From positions 4,278,001 to 4,342,000 of the forward strand of contig JBHGNT010000012.1 in NCBI GenBank assembly GCA_043228905.1: a DNA stretch of 64,000 nucleotides, in the 5' to 3' direction. This document shows positions 14,101-29,163 of the stretch, in pieces. The notes beneath the pieces were generated by a model. The model was not told the DNA's origin. It saw only the letters and a program-made list of their open reading frames with translations, and did not search any database. Every line of letters begins with the position of its first letter. Within the stretch, counting starts at the first letter, position 1. The translations under genes and the position numbers were made by a program. Source of the stretch: Azolla caroliniana (Eukaryota > Plantae > Polypodiophyta).

Positions 14101-14636
14101 TCATGGACAACCACATTATGGATGGCTATGGCATGGAGTTTGTCCATATTTTTATATGGTTGATCGTACGTATTGTTGTTCATTGAGATCCCAAGTGCTC
14201 ATTTATTGCCAATTTTACATGTTGAGTATAAAGAAAGAACATACCAGTTAAAAACAATACAAATTTACACCTAAGGATTCAAAGAATCGTATAGTAGAAT
14301 TCATGTTTTGGAGGATCAAAAGACGGAAAATCGTTTGCATGGGAAACAACAGACTGAGTATTGTTCATTAACAATCATGTGGCTCAGAATAATTATGTGG
14401 TATAGGTCAAAGTAAATGAATATCAATGGGAAACAATAGAGTATTTATTAATTAAAAATCATGTGGCTCAAAACATTATAATGTGGTAAAGGTCAACTGA
14501 AAGAATTGTTCACGATGATCCATCTTACAAGAGGTGCAACAAACCTCAAGTTCTAACCCATTCAACCTAACTGCTTTCCTAATAGGTTCATGAACTATTT
14601 ATTATGTTATATGTTCACAATATCACTTATTTATTA

Positions 14637-14919
14637 GGGAAAAGTACCAGGATACCCCTAGAAGTTCGTCTAATTACCTGAATGCCCTTGGAAGTTCCAA
14701 ATTTACCAAACTACCCCTATGTCCAAAAAAATACACTTTATAAAATAATTATACACTCAAATCTACAAGCCCTATTTACCATAATACCCTTAAAACACAA
14801 ATTTCTTTACTTAGGAGATTCTTTGGGTCCTTTGTACTTACTTTATAAAGTGTATTTTTTTGGACACAGGGGTAGTTTGGTAAATTTGGAACTTCCAGGG
14901 GTATCTTGGTACTTTTCCC
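14637..14919. mobile_element. Mutator-like MITE (283 bp)
   Basis: Long TIRs beginning GGGAAAAGTACC and ending GGTACTTTTCCC. Perfect 9-bp TSD TATTTATTA at 14628-14636 and 14920-14928. Confidence 0.9.
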
Positions 14920-16112
14920 TATTTATTATAGGTTTGCAAGGTCATAGATGACATAGTGATGAAATTTTGGGGCTCTAACCTAAATATTCAAGGTTGATGT
15001 ATCGAAATGTGGATTTGATTTTGCATTCATTACAGAAAATCCATTCCCTAACAAAGTGGCTATACATACTCGCTTTCCACAATCCATCAGTTACAAAATA
15101 CATTTTTTAGAACATGGGCATAAAAAGAATAAGGTCACATTTAAGGTTCATTATTCACATGGCATTATGTGACGCACTAGCATGACACTAAAAGCTTGGT
15201 TATCTTTACAGAAATCGACCAATTATATATAAAATAAGAGTAATTCAACATTTTCGTCATCCTAAAATGTACACTTTACGACACCTTTTCAAACTAAGCT
15301 TTGCTCGAGCGATGAACCCGGTGGCAGGTTTCATTATAAGATGCATCAAAGCACACTAACTATTTGATTCTAGAAAGAGGTTTCGAGAATTTACTTTCCT
15401 TTAATAATAATCGATGAAAGTATAAAGGTAACGTGAACAAAGTGACATTAGAGAACATGACAATATAATTTGAGACTACTTTCCACACGACATAATTCCA
15501 AATTCTTTACAAAAATAATGTCCACAACCCAACATGGCATTACAAATGGGGAATAGCCAAGCCTCATTAAATGAGAACATAAATCATATGCGCATAGATT
15601 CATATCATATGAACCTTGTATACAAAATTGATCTCAAATACAGTTCGCGTTTTAACCTTCATAAAGAGCAAAGAGCAATATAGCATCCCCTGTAGGCATT
15701 GCCTAATTTGAATGTAAACTCGAAAAAAATAATCCATGTTTACAAAGGGTTCAATGATTTTCAGAACCCTCAAATAAGGTTATAATCCACTCCTTTAGAT
15801 AGTCAGGAGTTGCCATTTTCTTTTGTTTCCTTTTTGGGGGTTTCTAAAGGGATTTCGATTGCTTTTTTTGTAGGGTTTAAGTTGACCCTACATGTGAAAG
15901 AAAACAAAACTTGTGGTTTCACATCAACTTGATCCAACCTTTTTGTTTTGTTTTTCTGTTAGAAGTATTTATTGCCCATGCCAAAAAAAAATTTGGAACA
16001 AAGAACACAAAGAAAAAGAATGATGGATACATGAAACATCAATCAACCAATAATATGGTGGATGGTGGTCACACAGAATTTTCCCTTTTCAGTCTCCTTT
16101 CTATTCTTTTGA

Positions 16113-19100
16113 CTAGTATTCACTACTTGAGGTGGATTGGTGGGCCGCGTAAAAACCACTAGTATTCCTCGGTCCCCCGCTATATTCACTCCCATACTCT
16201 TGACTCCCAAGAGCTACTTGTCGGAATTTTCTCATGACTGAACTATAACTTTGGTTATCGAATTCACTAGATGACCCATTATACATGCTACTATGCCCAG
16301 GCTTTAGTCCTTGATTAAGATCCGAAAGAGACCCATCGTCTTCCAATGCTCGTACAACCTGCCATGAGTACACAATACGTCATGCCCTTTTGTTTTGTTT
16401 TTTGAAAATATATCCACTTGTCAGAACAGGAATCAACAAGTCTACAGAATTTTCGCACATTAACGCATTTCAATCTAGCATATTATGAGTTTATACAGGA
16501 AACAGAGTATACCAAGTTAGTAGCTAGGAATGGTATCAAGAGGTCATCAATGTTTAATTCTTAGGGAGTCAATACATCCATGATTGACTCATATTCGACG
16601 CACACAATGGATAACCATGACCTTGGATAAGGACATAAGATCTTGGGTTTCATGGATATGTTAATGACTAGCTGCCACATTTTTAATCATATCAGGGTTG
16701 TCTAGCCATAGAATTATGCTGTAATCCAACTAATTACTAGAAATTCAATAGGCAGTGTAAGCTTGTGGAGCGTTAGTGATTGAATGCATGACATTCGGAT
16801 AACTGTCGGCCAACCTTACCAACTGTACAGTACCTCGATCACCTCCTCCTTGTGATGGTCAATAGACGGATACAGGCCACGTGCATTCCATTTTTTCATG
16901 CGAATTGATGGTGCATCTCTGTAATCAGGAACATGCCTCTTCCTGCCTTGACCTCTTCCATTCTTCCTAGAGTGTGTCCAATGTGCTTCATTGCAGTTCC
17001 AAACTGCAATGTATAGCTCTAATTCTGTTACCTCATGGGCAGAAAATCCCAACATGATATGATGATGGCCCTGCTGTAGATAGCCTATAGGGTCTCATAA
17101 TGAGTCATAACACCAGGGGCTACCCATATTGTAAGGGTTAGCATAGCAGAACACACTCCCCTTGCAAAAGCTCATAATATTCATGTAGCATGCACTACAT
17201 AATGCCATTGAAAATCACGAGAGACAGACAGACAGAGAGAACCAACCTGTCCCATGGCCGGGCGCATGCTAGCAGAATGCCGAACACATGCTCTGGCAGC
17301 ATGGGCCATTCTTAGCATTTCTTTAGGGTCATAGTTCCCCTCCAAATGTGGATCAGCTATTTCATCCACATCATCCTCATCATCTATTTGTGCGAGGATA
17401 GGTCTTGCCTGCAAAAGATGTGTTTTAAACATGTGCATAAGAGATATTTACTCGGAATATTACGAATACTACAAAACGATTTACACAAACACAAAATGAG
17501 GAGAGTATATATTCACACAGTACCCTTTCCACTAGACTTTCTTCACCACCAGCTCGTGATGCATCCACAGGTTTCTCTCCTGTCAGCAACTCAAGAAGCA
17601 CAACACCAAAGGAGAACACGTCGGATTTCGATGTGAGCTTTCCGCTCGAAGCATATTCAGGCGCAAGATACCTGTAGTAAAAAAAATATATGGTGGGTTT
17701 TTGCACCAGATTAACAATCAATATATATATATGCATACATATAATGTAGTTCTGAATCATCATCATATTAAATCTGAAGGGCAATCAAGTAAATACATGT
17801 TTTTCCAGCAAAAGAAGAAATTATTACCCGAAAGTTCCCATGACCCTGGTGGTCACATGGGTATTTGTATCTGACGCTAACTTTGCAAGGCCAAAATCTG
17901 CAACCTGTTCAATACTAGAGCCAGACATTAGCACAACTGAATTGTACCAATAAAATGTATACATTTAGCAATAGGCATCTGATGCATTTACCTGTGCCTC
18001 AAAATTGTCATTTAGGAGTATGTTGGAAGATTTGATGTCTCTATGGATAACACGAGGGTGACCTAATCCATTGATATTCAATCATAAGGTAAGAATTTAA
18101 ACCCTAAGTTTATATCAAGCAAACATACATTGCTAACTCAAAAGAAAACATTGAAATTCACCGAAAACAGGCCCTTTTCTTATTCCTTACAGTCTTCATG
18201 AAGGTATGCAAGACCCCGTGCTGCCCCACATGCGATTCGCATCCGAGTCGGCCAGTCTATCACGATCCCATTCCTCCTTTCTGCAAAAGAATTTCAAGCC
18301 TTTTTGTAAGATGATTGAAACAGATCGAGTGAATTTTCAAGAACACAAATTGAAACAGATCAAGAGAATTTGAGGCAATATGATGATTAACTCTAATCCT
18401 TACGTTTATGTAGATGGTAATCTAAGGTGCCGTTGGAGACATACTCATAGACGAGGAGCCTCTGGCGTCGATCAATACAGTATCCGACGAGAGAGACAAG
18501 GTATCGATGATGTATCCTACTTATAATATCGACTTCAGCCTGAAATTCCCTCTCGCCTTGTGAAGCGCCGATTTTCAACTGTTTCACTGCCACAACTTTA
18601 CCATCAGGCAAAACCCCTTTGTACACACATCCAAATCCACCTTCACCAAGCATGTTCTGTGCCGAGAATCCGTTGGTAGCCATGGCTAATTCCTCATAAG
18701 TGAACAAAGGTCTGTTCCCTCCGAGCCCTGGTGTCGGGTTTAACGGTTGATTTTCAGGGGATGAGTTATAGTTTTCATAGGTCGCCATTGAGATGCTCTG
18801 AGATTGTGGTTGTAAGGGAGTGTCAGAGGCGGCAGGAGAGGGTAAGTGCTCATGCCTGAGCCCCACATTCGGTCCATACTTTGGATCTGTTCCACAAGCA
18901 GCATCAACATTTGTGCACCATGACACGAATGCCACACATTAGATGAGGAAGAGTGGTGTTCATCCAACCAATCCCAACAACAGTTTCATCGGGTTTCTAT
19001 ACAAATCATTCTCAGATTTCTCCGCAAACATACATACATACATACATACATGTATGATTGTGTGTGTTTAGAAGACATTAAAAGACATGAATTTGAGATA

Positions 19101-19892
19101 TGAATTAGTGGAGATATGGGGATGGATTGCGGGCGTACCTTGCGGGATGTAATACATCTTTCTCTTCTTAGGCTTGCAGCAGAAGCAGTAGAGCAAGATA
19201 GCCAGGACTCCGAGCACGAGGGTTGTGGCGACGCCGACACCAATGTAGACGGTGGTGGAGGAGGTAATGGAGTTGGGAGAAGGAGGGGGAGGGGGAGGAA
19301 ATGAGGAGGAGGAGGAGGAGGAGGAGGAGGTAATGGCAGGAGAGGAGGGGGGAGGAGGGGGAGGAGAGGCTGCAGTGGTGGTGGTGGTGGTGGGAGGAGG
19401 AGGAGTTATGGGGGATGGAGGAGAGGTTTTGGAGGGAGGAGGAGGAGAAGGTGGAGGGGGGGAAGAAGAAGGAGAAGGAGCATTAGGAGCATTAGGTGGA
19501 GATGGAGTTGAAAGAGGAGGAGGAGGAGGAGACTGTGTGGGCGGAGGGGAAGAAGGATCGGAGGGAGGAGGAGGAGGAGGCGAGGAATCGATGGGAGAAG
19601 GAGAGGAAGGAGGAGGTGGGGTTACTGTGGGAGGAAGAACAGCATCAGGAGGAGGAGGAGGAGGAGAAGCAGTTGGGGGCGGCGATGAAGGAGGATCTGA
19701 AGGAGGAGGAGGAGGAGTAGTGGGGGGTTGAACGACTGGTGGTGGAGGCGATGGCGATGGCGATGGCGAGGTGGGAGGAGGTGCAGGCGGAGACTGGAGA
19801 GGCGGCGGCGGCGGAGGAGAAGAAGAAGAAGAAGAAGAAGGAGAAGGAACGGCGGCAGGTGGCGATGGAGGCGATGGAGAAGGTGCAGACAT
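16113..19892 (-). CDS. PERK: Proline-rich extensin-like receptor kinase (PERK family); exons 19892-19139, 18886-18404, 18280-18191, 18062-17992, 17904-17828, 17671-17524, 17408-17247, 16358-16113
   Basis: Ser-Pro-rich N-terminus and TM helix [25 protein letters not shown]. Kinase motifs [54 protein letters not shown]. All introns are GT-AG and phase-compatible. Confidence 0.95.
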
Positions 19893-20361
19893 CTCTCTCT
19901 GTTCTCTCTGTTCTCTCTGTGTTCTCTGTGTGTTCTCTTGGTCTTTGGTCTTCTGGCTGAAGGCTGAGAGACAGAGAGACAGAGACAGTGAGAGATGGAG
20001 AGAATTTGAGTTTGTGTTCTGTTTTTCCTCTGTTTTTCTTTTCTTCTTTTTTTTGCTCTGTTTTTTTCCTCCTGTTTTTTCCTCTCTTTATGTTTTTTGC
20101 TCTGTTTTTCTGCCCTGTTCTTTTTTTGCTCTGTTTTTTGCCCTGTTTTTTTGCTCTGTTTTTTTTTAGCTCTGTTTGAACTTTGATTTTGTTTTTTCTT
20201 TTCTTTTTCTTTTTTTTTTTGGGGGGGGGGGTTGGGGGAGATAGTCAAACTAAGACGCGGTTTTATGAATCCAATCCAATACATACATACATACATACAC
20301 AAAAAAGGAAGACATTCCTTCCAAATCCAACACATACTTACTTTATACTACTACTACACAA

Positions 20362-20442
20362 AGAAGAAGAAGAAGAAGAAGAAGAAGAAGAAGAAGAAAG
20401 AAGAAGAAGGAGGAGGAGGAGGAGGAGGAGGAGGAGGAGGAG
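20362..20442. repeat. Compound (GAA)n(GGA)n microsatellite upstream of the PERK gene
   Basis: Directly visible pure-purine trinucleotide tract. Confidence 0.9.
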
Positions 20443-22149
20443 GTACCTACCATTACCATTACCATTACACTCTACATAACATTTACCACTCTTAGCCAAG
20501 CAAACTAAGTTTGTCAAAAGCCTTCTTCGCTTGCCTAACATCTCCTCCTCCTCACTTTACGAGCACATACACAGCTTCCTTCCTTATCTTCGTTGCATCC
20601 TCCCTCTCTCGCCTCTCTAATATGTTACATGTATGTGCTTTCACACTCTTATGATTCAACACAACCTTTTTCGTCGTGTTTCGGCTCGGCTCAATGCCAT
20701 CCATGTAGCCCTATTTGACATGCCATATCGTAATTCATACCTGTCTTTTCAAGTTTACCTTGTAATCTCATGTTTTATCTTCTTCTTCTAGTTTTTAAGG
20801 AACGACCCATCGAGGGAAGTGTAACAGCGTTTCTCCTTATAGTTGTTGTTGTCAAGGAGTCGGTTCCATAGGCTCGACAGGGAAAAGTTCTTGGTTAGGC
20901 TCTCCTCAAGGAGAATGAACACCTTTGTGTCCTCATGGAACTTGTGGTGTCGCTCATTCTATGTAAACCCACGGGAATCATCTCTCCACTTGCCACTTCC
21001 CTTTTCTCAACGTATTCAGAGTGGCAAACATTGGCGAAATAAGGATCCGTACCTTTTGGTCACACAGATGAAACTATCTAAATTGTCTCCAAACCAACTC
21101 GAAACCAAAATGGATGGTTCTAGATGTACTACCAATACGTCCGCTTAATTAAAAAATAAAGCTTCAATGATAATCTCACTATATCCGCAACCTAGTGCTC
21201 TTCAAATTTAACAAGCAAATGCCCAAGTTTCAACAAAACCAAGCAACTAGGCCTACCAAAAATTTTGCCGAGTGATCAAAGTTGAACCCACATATCTGGA
21301 TCTCGGAGAGCAATTTGCCTTGTCATTGGATGACAACACTCAACTTAAGTCTAGAGTTTAGTATTGACCACGAAATGATAGACCAAAGAGTTCTATCATG
21401 TGGAGCCCAGGCCCCACAAAACAAAAGTCAAGCCATTCTCTTGTGTAAGAGCTTAACATGATAGAACCCAAAGAGTTTTATCATGTGAACTCAACACTAT
21501 ACAATGGACAAAGAGTGAGAAAGGAAGGAATAGGAGAGTAGCAACTGCCAACAAGTGTTATTGCAGCATTGTTGTTGTTGTAGGCCACATTGTTAAATGT
21601 AGTAGACGATAACACTGACACTTCCCCTGACCCTAGGCTAAACAAATTTTTTTCTTCCCCTTTACCTCTTATCCCAATGGCTCTAAACTACTAATGTACA
21701 AAAAGGGAGGGGGGGCTTTATGTTCCCCAAATACCCCTCAATCACAATAAAATATACCTATACACCACCTATTTCCTAAAGTCTACCCTTCTCTCCTATG
21801 AACTATAAAGCCTATACTACACACTTGGATCAGGGCTACACAAGCAAATATAAACACATGGAAATACAAATTTTTACACACATATATATGCACAAATACA
21901 TCATATCTCACACACACTAACTCACATCTATAAATAAAAATGCACAAATGCATATCGGCATGCACACATCCCTTCAAGTATAAACGTGCAAAAACACATA
22001 TATAAGCATGTCGACTGCACTTACAAATTTCACGAGCACAACATTGTTTCCAAGTTGGGCCAAATGTTGCACCAATGGTAGGCCCACTTGCCACTCCTAA
22101 ACATGTGTTTAAAAGGAAGACTTTGAGCATGTGTTTAAAAGGAAGAATC

Positions 22150-23500
22150 TTGATTGAACTCCGTGAGCATTGTTTTTGTGATTACTGCATTTATCTAGTG
22201 CCTCATGCTTTGCATCCTTTCAAGCCAATCTATAGCCCTCACGAATTAGAGCTCAAGGCCCTCAAGAGTTATATTGACAACAATTGGCAACGAACAACCA
22301 TTGCAAGTCTCTTGTTAGGGCTTGTATCCTAGTTGTCAAGAAGAAAGATGAAATATTGTGGCTCTTCAAAATTGGTACCATTGGGTGTAGATGTGCCTTT
22401 GGATCAAGAAATCCGCTCCAAAATTTATCTTTACAAGGCCTACAATTTGGTTCACATCATAGCATTCTGAATATGTTATGGCCCATGGGCTTCTCAACAT
22501 TATGGCTATGTCGTTTGGACTCACAAATGCTCCTACTATTTTTCAGTACATGATGAACGACATCTTTGGGGACTACATGAACCAATTGATTGTCGTCTAT
22601 TTGGACAAAATTCTTGTTTTTCCACGGTTCTCGGCAAAACACATTGATCACATCCACCTCGTACTCACCCAACTCCGCCGAATGGGCTTTATCCTAGATT
22701 AGAGAAATGTTAGCTTGATTGTCCCTTAGTGGAGTTCCTTGGCAATGTAATTCCTTCCAAATCACGATGGACGAATGAAAAGTTGTGGCTTTCCATACAT
22801 GTGATGTTGTCCCAACTCAAATAATGGAAATGCAAATTTTTATTAGTTTTGTAATTTCTACCACAATCCATTTGCAACGTTGATACCTCTATCTCGCAAG
22901 GATTGACAATTTTAGTGGACTCTAGAGGCTCATTAAGCATTTGAGTTCGTGAAGGAAGCTTTCACCAAGGTCCCTATCCTTCTCTATCCTTATTTGACCA
23001 AATCCCTTTTCATTGGAGACCAATGCTTGTGATTTCATATTCTGTTATATTTTCGGATTCGGTTTACTTTCAAATTCAATATATTGAAGAGTGAATATTG
23101 TGGTATATGATGGCTCTAGGCGCCATCCCAAATTATCACGATGTCCTGCGTCCTCCCACATTCTTTTCTTAGTAGTATTGTCCCTACAACACAAGTGTGT
23201 GATAAAGGTCTCTCATCATCACCATCCCTATGGGTGCTTTCAACTACTTCCAATTCCAACCAAACCATGATTTTCTCTTTCGATAGACTTCATCATGGGT
23301 CTTCCTTTTAATAGTAGACAACTTTTTAAAGATCGCTCCTTTTATTGCTTGTTTGAAAACCATCTATGGTAAGGATTCATTGAATTTGGTCCTGACATAT
23401 GTTGTTTAGCTCCACGAGCTAGGCACAAGCTTCCAAATGACATTGTGTCAAAACAAAATCCCTAGTTCATATTGTATTTCTAGCAACATCCATTACAACA
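22150..23500 (+). pseudogene. Highly degenerate Ty3/Gypsy pol remnant (RT, RNase H and integrase pieces)
   Basis: Fragments HPFKPIYS..ELELKALKSYID and MSFGLTNAPTIFQYMMNDIF..VVYLDKILVF, with downstream RNase H/integrase-like pieces. Many frameshifts. Boundaries approximate. Confidence 0.7.
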
Positions 23501-25744
23501 AATAGAGCAATTGTTGACGTGGAAACATGATTCTACGTCCTTTCTTAGTTTGTCATTGGACTTGTTCCTTGCTAAACGTTGTGGTTAGCAATGGGAATTT
23601 GGTGATGCTTTACGTCGTCAAACACAACGTTGTGAGGAAACAAACAGATAAAAAAAATTTAAATTTTTTTACAATGTTAAATTTAACTATTTTAAAAATT
23701 ATGTATGTGTGTTGTGTGTGTTTGTATGTAGCTATTTATGTTCGTTTTATATGCAAAGAGCCATTGGGTAGGCGTCAATGTATTATAGATTGACAACATT
23801 CTTTCAATATTGCAATGTGTTCTTGAAATTATAGTTCATTCGCCCATCAAACCCAATACCAACTCTACATGTGACTTGACTACAAAATGGGTCAAGGAGA
23901 CTAATGGTTACCACCCATATGTGGTCTAATGCGAACTCAGAAGAGGTGATCGTTGAGCCTTACTGGCTAACATCATGTTAGACTTTAGTATAACAAACAA
24001 ACTTGAAGTTCAGGCTAATATAATGCTTCTCAGAGTGGCACGTGAAGAGGTGGCATATTGCACTTGCAAGGTGTTGGAACGTTGATCCTTCCATGAACAC
24101 AAGGACCCAAGCGACGTGATGGTGTTTTTATTTCAATGTTCTCTCCCATTATTTGTGAGTTGCGATTGGTCCACTTAAGATAGGGAAAAAAAGACAAGAC
24201 CTTAACCTTGAAACAAAACAAGATTTCCTTGTCGTAGTTTGATTCTAAACATCAAATTATGCTCTAGTAATAATCTTAGTAAAATCTTACTTAAGTCAAT
24301 ATGGTGTGTTCCAATTGAAAGGCCTCTACGGACACTTGTATACACCAAATAACGTTTGGTAATTTCCCCTCCACACCTTCTTCTTTATACAATCTATTTA
24401 GGAACAAGACTATTATCCACCATTTTTGGCTTGGGGGATTGTTCCTCAAATAGCATATCATTTGGCACATTGTCCAAAATGAGATTTCCACATTAACATC
24501 CAATGTTATTAACCTTAACACAAATATATTCTTTGCTCAAAGGTTACAATGCATGCAATGACAAAAATAATATGAGTTACACAATATTGCCCAATGTCAT
24601 CCCTTTGCATGTATCGTAGGTATGTGATATAGATAACTTACATTGATTCACATATATCTCTTGCTTGACTTTTTTTTAGTTTTCAATAGCTTTAGATGTT
24701 GGCAAAGTTTCCAAGAGTCCAATTTGCACTGGGCTCACCGACAAGAATGTGGAGTAGCAATTCTCCAAGATGTACACGATTTAAGGAGATAGGGAGACTA
24801 TACAAGAATTTATATATGAATAAATCAAGTTTATCTTACACAATTTTGTGATCCCTTATGTATGGTTAGGTTTAATGCTTTTACTCTTTTTCTTGGAGGA
24901 CATTGGTCATCTCGACCCTTCCAACAAGCTCCATAGCTTCATGATAGGCTTCCATTTGGAAGAAGGGTCATAGATGGCTATAGAAAGTTAAAAAAAGAAT
25001 AATGCCTACATTCTAGATTTATGACAAATCGATTCACGCAAAAAATGTAGCTCAAATATGAATAGTTTATGAGGTATCGAACCCAAATACAGACCAACCA
25101 AAATTCTCTAAACAACAAAAAAAACTCAATTGAATTTCGTCATAGTAAAGAAATCATACAATAATAATTGTTACAGAGACATTGAAAAAGAGAACCTAAC
25201 ACCAATTTCTACACGTTTTAATGTCATCATTTTGATTTCAACAAAGATATAACCAATTTGATATACTTACAAATGAAAAAAGCCTGTCCATTTACCATCA
25301 GGATTACACTTTTGATTATGTCTTACTTAAATCTAATATTGCAATGTAAACATTTGCATTTTACCATCAAAATCACACTTTTGATTGTGTATGTCCTACT
25401 TAAACCTAATATTGCAATGTAAACTTTTGCATTCCTCCACGTTCACATCTTGCAACTCGTTGACAAACATGTTTGTGTCAATGATGGGGAATTAGGATAT
25501 AATAAGGACTTGTAGGTCAAATCTACATTTCAAACTAGCTTATCTATCCCTAATTGCTTGCTTCCATATTTATTCTTGAGTTCTTGATATTATTCCTTGT
25601 GTTATTCCTTATTCTTGATCAAACACTAGTAAGCTTTAGATGTTAGTCCCCTCTTGTCATCTCAAAATGAGCAATGATCTACTTGTTCCTTTAGTTGCAA
25701 TGTGTGACCCTAGTTTCACTACCAATCTCCAAAATATCATTAAA

Positions 25745-26135
25745 AGAATTCATATGATCTAATGAGGACGCTTGAATCGTGCTTGTTACTAAAGTATATG
25801 TCATTGATTCCAATGTGACACCAACTCCAAATTTTCCAAAGAGATATCAAGAATTTGTTCATGTATTCAACAAGGTCAAGGCCGCTTTTTGACAATTAGA
25901 ATATCAACAACAAGAACTAACAACCAAGACAGTAAAATATTATTATAAGAATTCATATGATCTGATGAGGACACTTGAATAGTGTTTGTTATTCAAGTAT
26001 ATGTTATTGATTCCAATATGAAGCCAACTCCAAATTTTTCAAAGAGATATCAAGAATTTGTTCATTTATTCAACAAGGTCAAGGGCACTTTTTGACTATT
26101 AGAATACCAACAACAAGAACTAACAACCAAGACAA
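25745..26135. repeat. About 200-bp tandem duplication downstream of the serpin
   Basis: AAGAATTCATATGATCT...CAACAACAAGAACTAACAACCAAGACA occurs twice (about 25745-25931 and 25947-26134). Confidence 0.8.
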
Positions 26136-26348
26136 TAATCTGGTCATGCACACTACAGTAATTGAAAGTAATACAAGTCAAGTTATTCTTCATTAGTAAA
26201 TTCTCTTGACTGCATTTTTAATCTATATTGAGTTAAGCAAAAAGTCATAAAGTTGCACTTTCACCATTTCCAGTTTCTTGTGAATGACTATGTCCCTTCG
26301 CAGATGGCTTTCACATGAACATGCCTGAAAATATCAGATGATGTTAAA

Positions 26349-29163
26349 TTAACTGGTAGAAAGAGGGTTCACAACATGCCCCATAAACACTATGATGCCA
26401 GTGATATCTTCTTTCAATACAAACATGAAAGGGTGATCAGCAATAAAATCTTCCGATGAGCGGAGAACAAAAGACCGAAGCATAATGACCCCGGCTGTTG
26501 CGGCTGCAGCTTCCGTGCCTTCCTCATTTACTTCAATAAATGTCTTGTGAAACACATTGCTAATAGACAGTGCTTGACCACCATTGGATGAGTCCACCAT
26601 GCCTGAAAAGTCAGCTTCATCTGAAAATGGCAATTTCATACCCATTTCTTTTAGAGTATCTGGCACCTCATATCCTGCTGAAACTTTGAACTTTGGTAGC
26701 TTAAATGAGCCCACATCAATTTCAACACCCTTCACTAGAGTTTTTTCAAGGATATCTACAGTTAAACCTTTCTCCAACGCAAAAAGACCAGCTTTTTCAT
26801 TTGGAAGTATGATATACATAGAGAAAGATCTCGCATCTTGACCATTGCTATATGGTAGTCGGAGCACTTTAAAGGAATCGTGCGAAGATATTTCTTGTTT
26901 CTTCTTTGTCGTCATCATGGGAATACTGATGGTTTCACCATTGAGGAGATGGAAATCCCCATCTTTTGTTTGAGAAGTTTCAAATTTCTTTTGCCATGTT
27001 CCTTTGAAATACAAGGCATTTGCAAGGACCAATTTAGTGTTCTCATTTAATGCACCCACAGGAAGGATTTCATCAATTTTGCCCTTAGTTTCCTGCTTCA
27101 CCCATGCATTAATCTCACCTCTACTCTTCTCAGCCTGCACCAAAACAAAAAAATGCAAAACCAAAGTAAATCTGAGGCTGCACATGTCACAGTTAAATAT
27201 TATCTCACAGGTACTCAACACAAACACATGAGAAAACATTCATCTGTGACTTGGAACTGCCAATAAAGGTTTGAATCAAGTTTTCAGCTTATTGTAATAG
27301 TATAATTTTATATGTACCTATCCCATCAAACATTTATTGATATATAAATAAATAAATAAATATACAGTGACAGATATTACTATAGAATCCCAGAGCATGT
27401 CTTGTTTTTTCCCTTTCTTTTTGTTTCTGGCTATATTCTGTGTCATTATTTTATTTGATCAGCTGATTCTATATCTGTGAATCTTTAATCGTATTAAAAT
27501 GCAACTGTTCTGAAGTAATTCAACATGAAGATGAATCTTCATGAGCAATATTTTTATGTGCATGTAAAATCTTGAAATAAAGGTAACGACACCCGACATC
27601 TCACATGGAAATAATGGAATGATAGGCCAGAAGGAAATGTTGATCTTGTGATCCGACACAAAAGTTAACACTCTAATCTGTGAGAGATAAATCATACCAG
27701 AAACTTCCTTTAGGGGATGTCCGCCTAATATTAATGAATGAATCATCTGAAATTTTGACGTCTCTAATCTAACAATGTGAGACTCTACAATGAGAATTGA
27801 GAAAAAATATGCTTATTCCTATTTCTCATTTCCACTTATAAGCCACAGCAAAGACAGTTCAACTGGATTACGAGCACTTATGATTGCTTTTAACAGATAT
27901 CATTCTTTCTTCTTTTCCTCCACGTTACAAGTTATGAGTCCCAACATTTTTGTGCCTTTGAATACCCTCTTAAGATTTTATTCTTTTTTTGCAACTTAAA
28001 TTCACCAATCAATATCACTATCATTCTGCAATCCAACGAATAGGGATCTTCGTTGAATGATAGCAGCAATGCCTTGAGAATCATCAACTATCTTGATGGA
28101 AAATGGTAGTGATGTGATGAATCACAACCATGCTTATAGACTGAAAACTTTATATGCACTGGTATCCGCATTATTGTAACAGAAGGCGATAGAAAATCAT
28201 TGTGAGCTACATCATTTGTGTTAGCCAAAAAAGAAGCTCACAGCATTGCTGTTTAAACTCAAAGGAATTGACATCCCTAACACTATGTCGTAGTACAGAA
28301 ATAATATTTCAACCCTTATGAGCTATATCTGACTCTACCTTTACAGGGGGTCCTTATTTAACATTCGAGCTTCAAGCTTATATAAAGGCTATTATATCCT
28401 CTAATCATAATCTCTCTGCCACAATCATGGTATATGAGGGAGACCGAGATTAATTCACATTAACCCACATTTCAAAAGCACTATTCACATTAGGCAAAAG
28501 GTAGAGTCAGAATCTTCTTGTTTCTGTCTCTCAGAGTACTCCTTAAGAAATAGATTTAGCATTAGGCAGACTACAACTCATGTTTTCAATTTTGCAGCTT
28601 TGTCAAATAAATCAATGGACTTAGAGAGACATGACCACGAAATATGTCTATTGCAATGTGGAATTAGAGAGATTTGAAGCGCAGTGAATGGACAAATGTA
28701 AACAAGGTTTTACCTGATTCAAGAAGTCAGCAGGGTGTACAGCTACACCATAATTGCTATGGAGGACTTCACTGAAGGAGGGGTTAAGAGGGAGGGTTTG
28801 CTGAACCCACACAGAGTTCACAAATTCAAGAAGAGGCCCACCCAAGGACGTGGCATCGGCAAGGAGAACGGCATGAACCTGAGAAGCGAACTCTCGGAGG
28901 GTATCCGAGGAAGGGAGGTTAATTGTCGACAGTATCTGCTGGAGTGTGGGACCCTTTGCTCCAGAGGCCACCATGGCCATCACTATCGAAACGCTGATTG
29001 GGGAAAGGGCAGCATTCTTCTGTGGCCCTGTCGCTATCGCCGTCACAGCTGATGATTCAGAAGAAGAAGAAGAAGAAGAAGAAGCCGATGCAGCAGACAC
29101 TGCTAGTTGGAAGAAGTGGAGGAGGAAATCTGTGTGATCATGGATGAGAGCCCTCATATCCAT
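26349..29163 (-). CDS. Serpin, LR-type (serpin-ZX/AtSerpin1-like), about 411 aa; exons 29163-28714 and 27134-26349
   Basis: Motifs N..LSP.S, INAWVKQET.GKI..IL, LANALYFKG.W and FIEVNEEGTEAAAAT. Reactive-centre loop GVIMLR-SF; C-terminal F.ADHPF. Single phase-0 GT-AG intron typical of plant serpins. Confidence 0.95.

Noticed and set aside
12300-14250. Possible decayed transposon-derived coding sequence with short internal duplications
   Set aside because: No motif could be assigned to a family with confidence.
19116-20541. Gly/Glu/Arg-rich ORFs on the + strand and alternative frames
   Set aside because: They are antisense or off-frame readings of the PERK proline-rich exon and flanking microsatellites.
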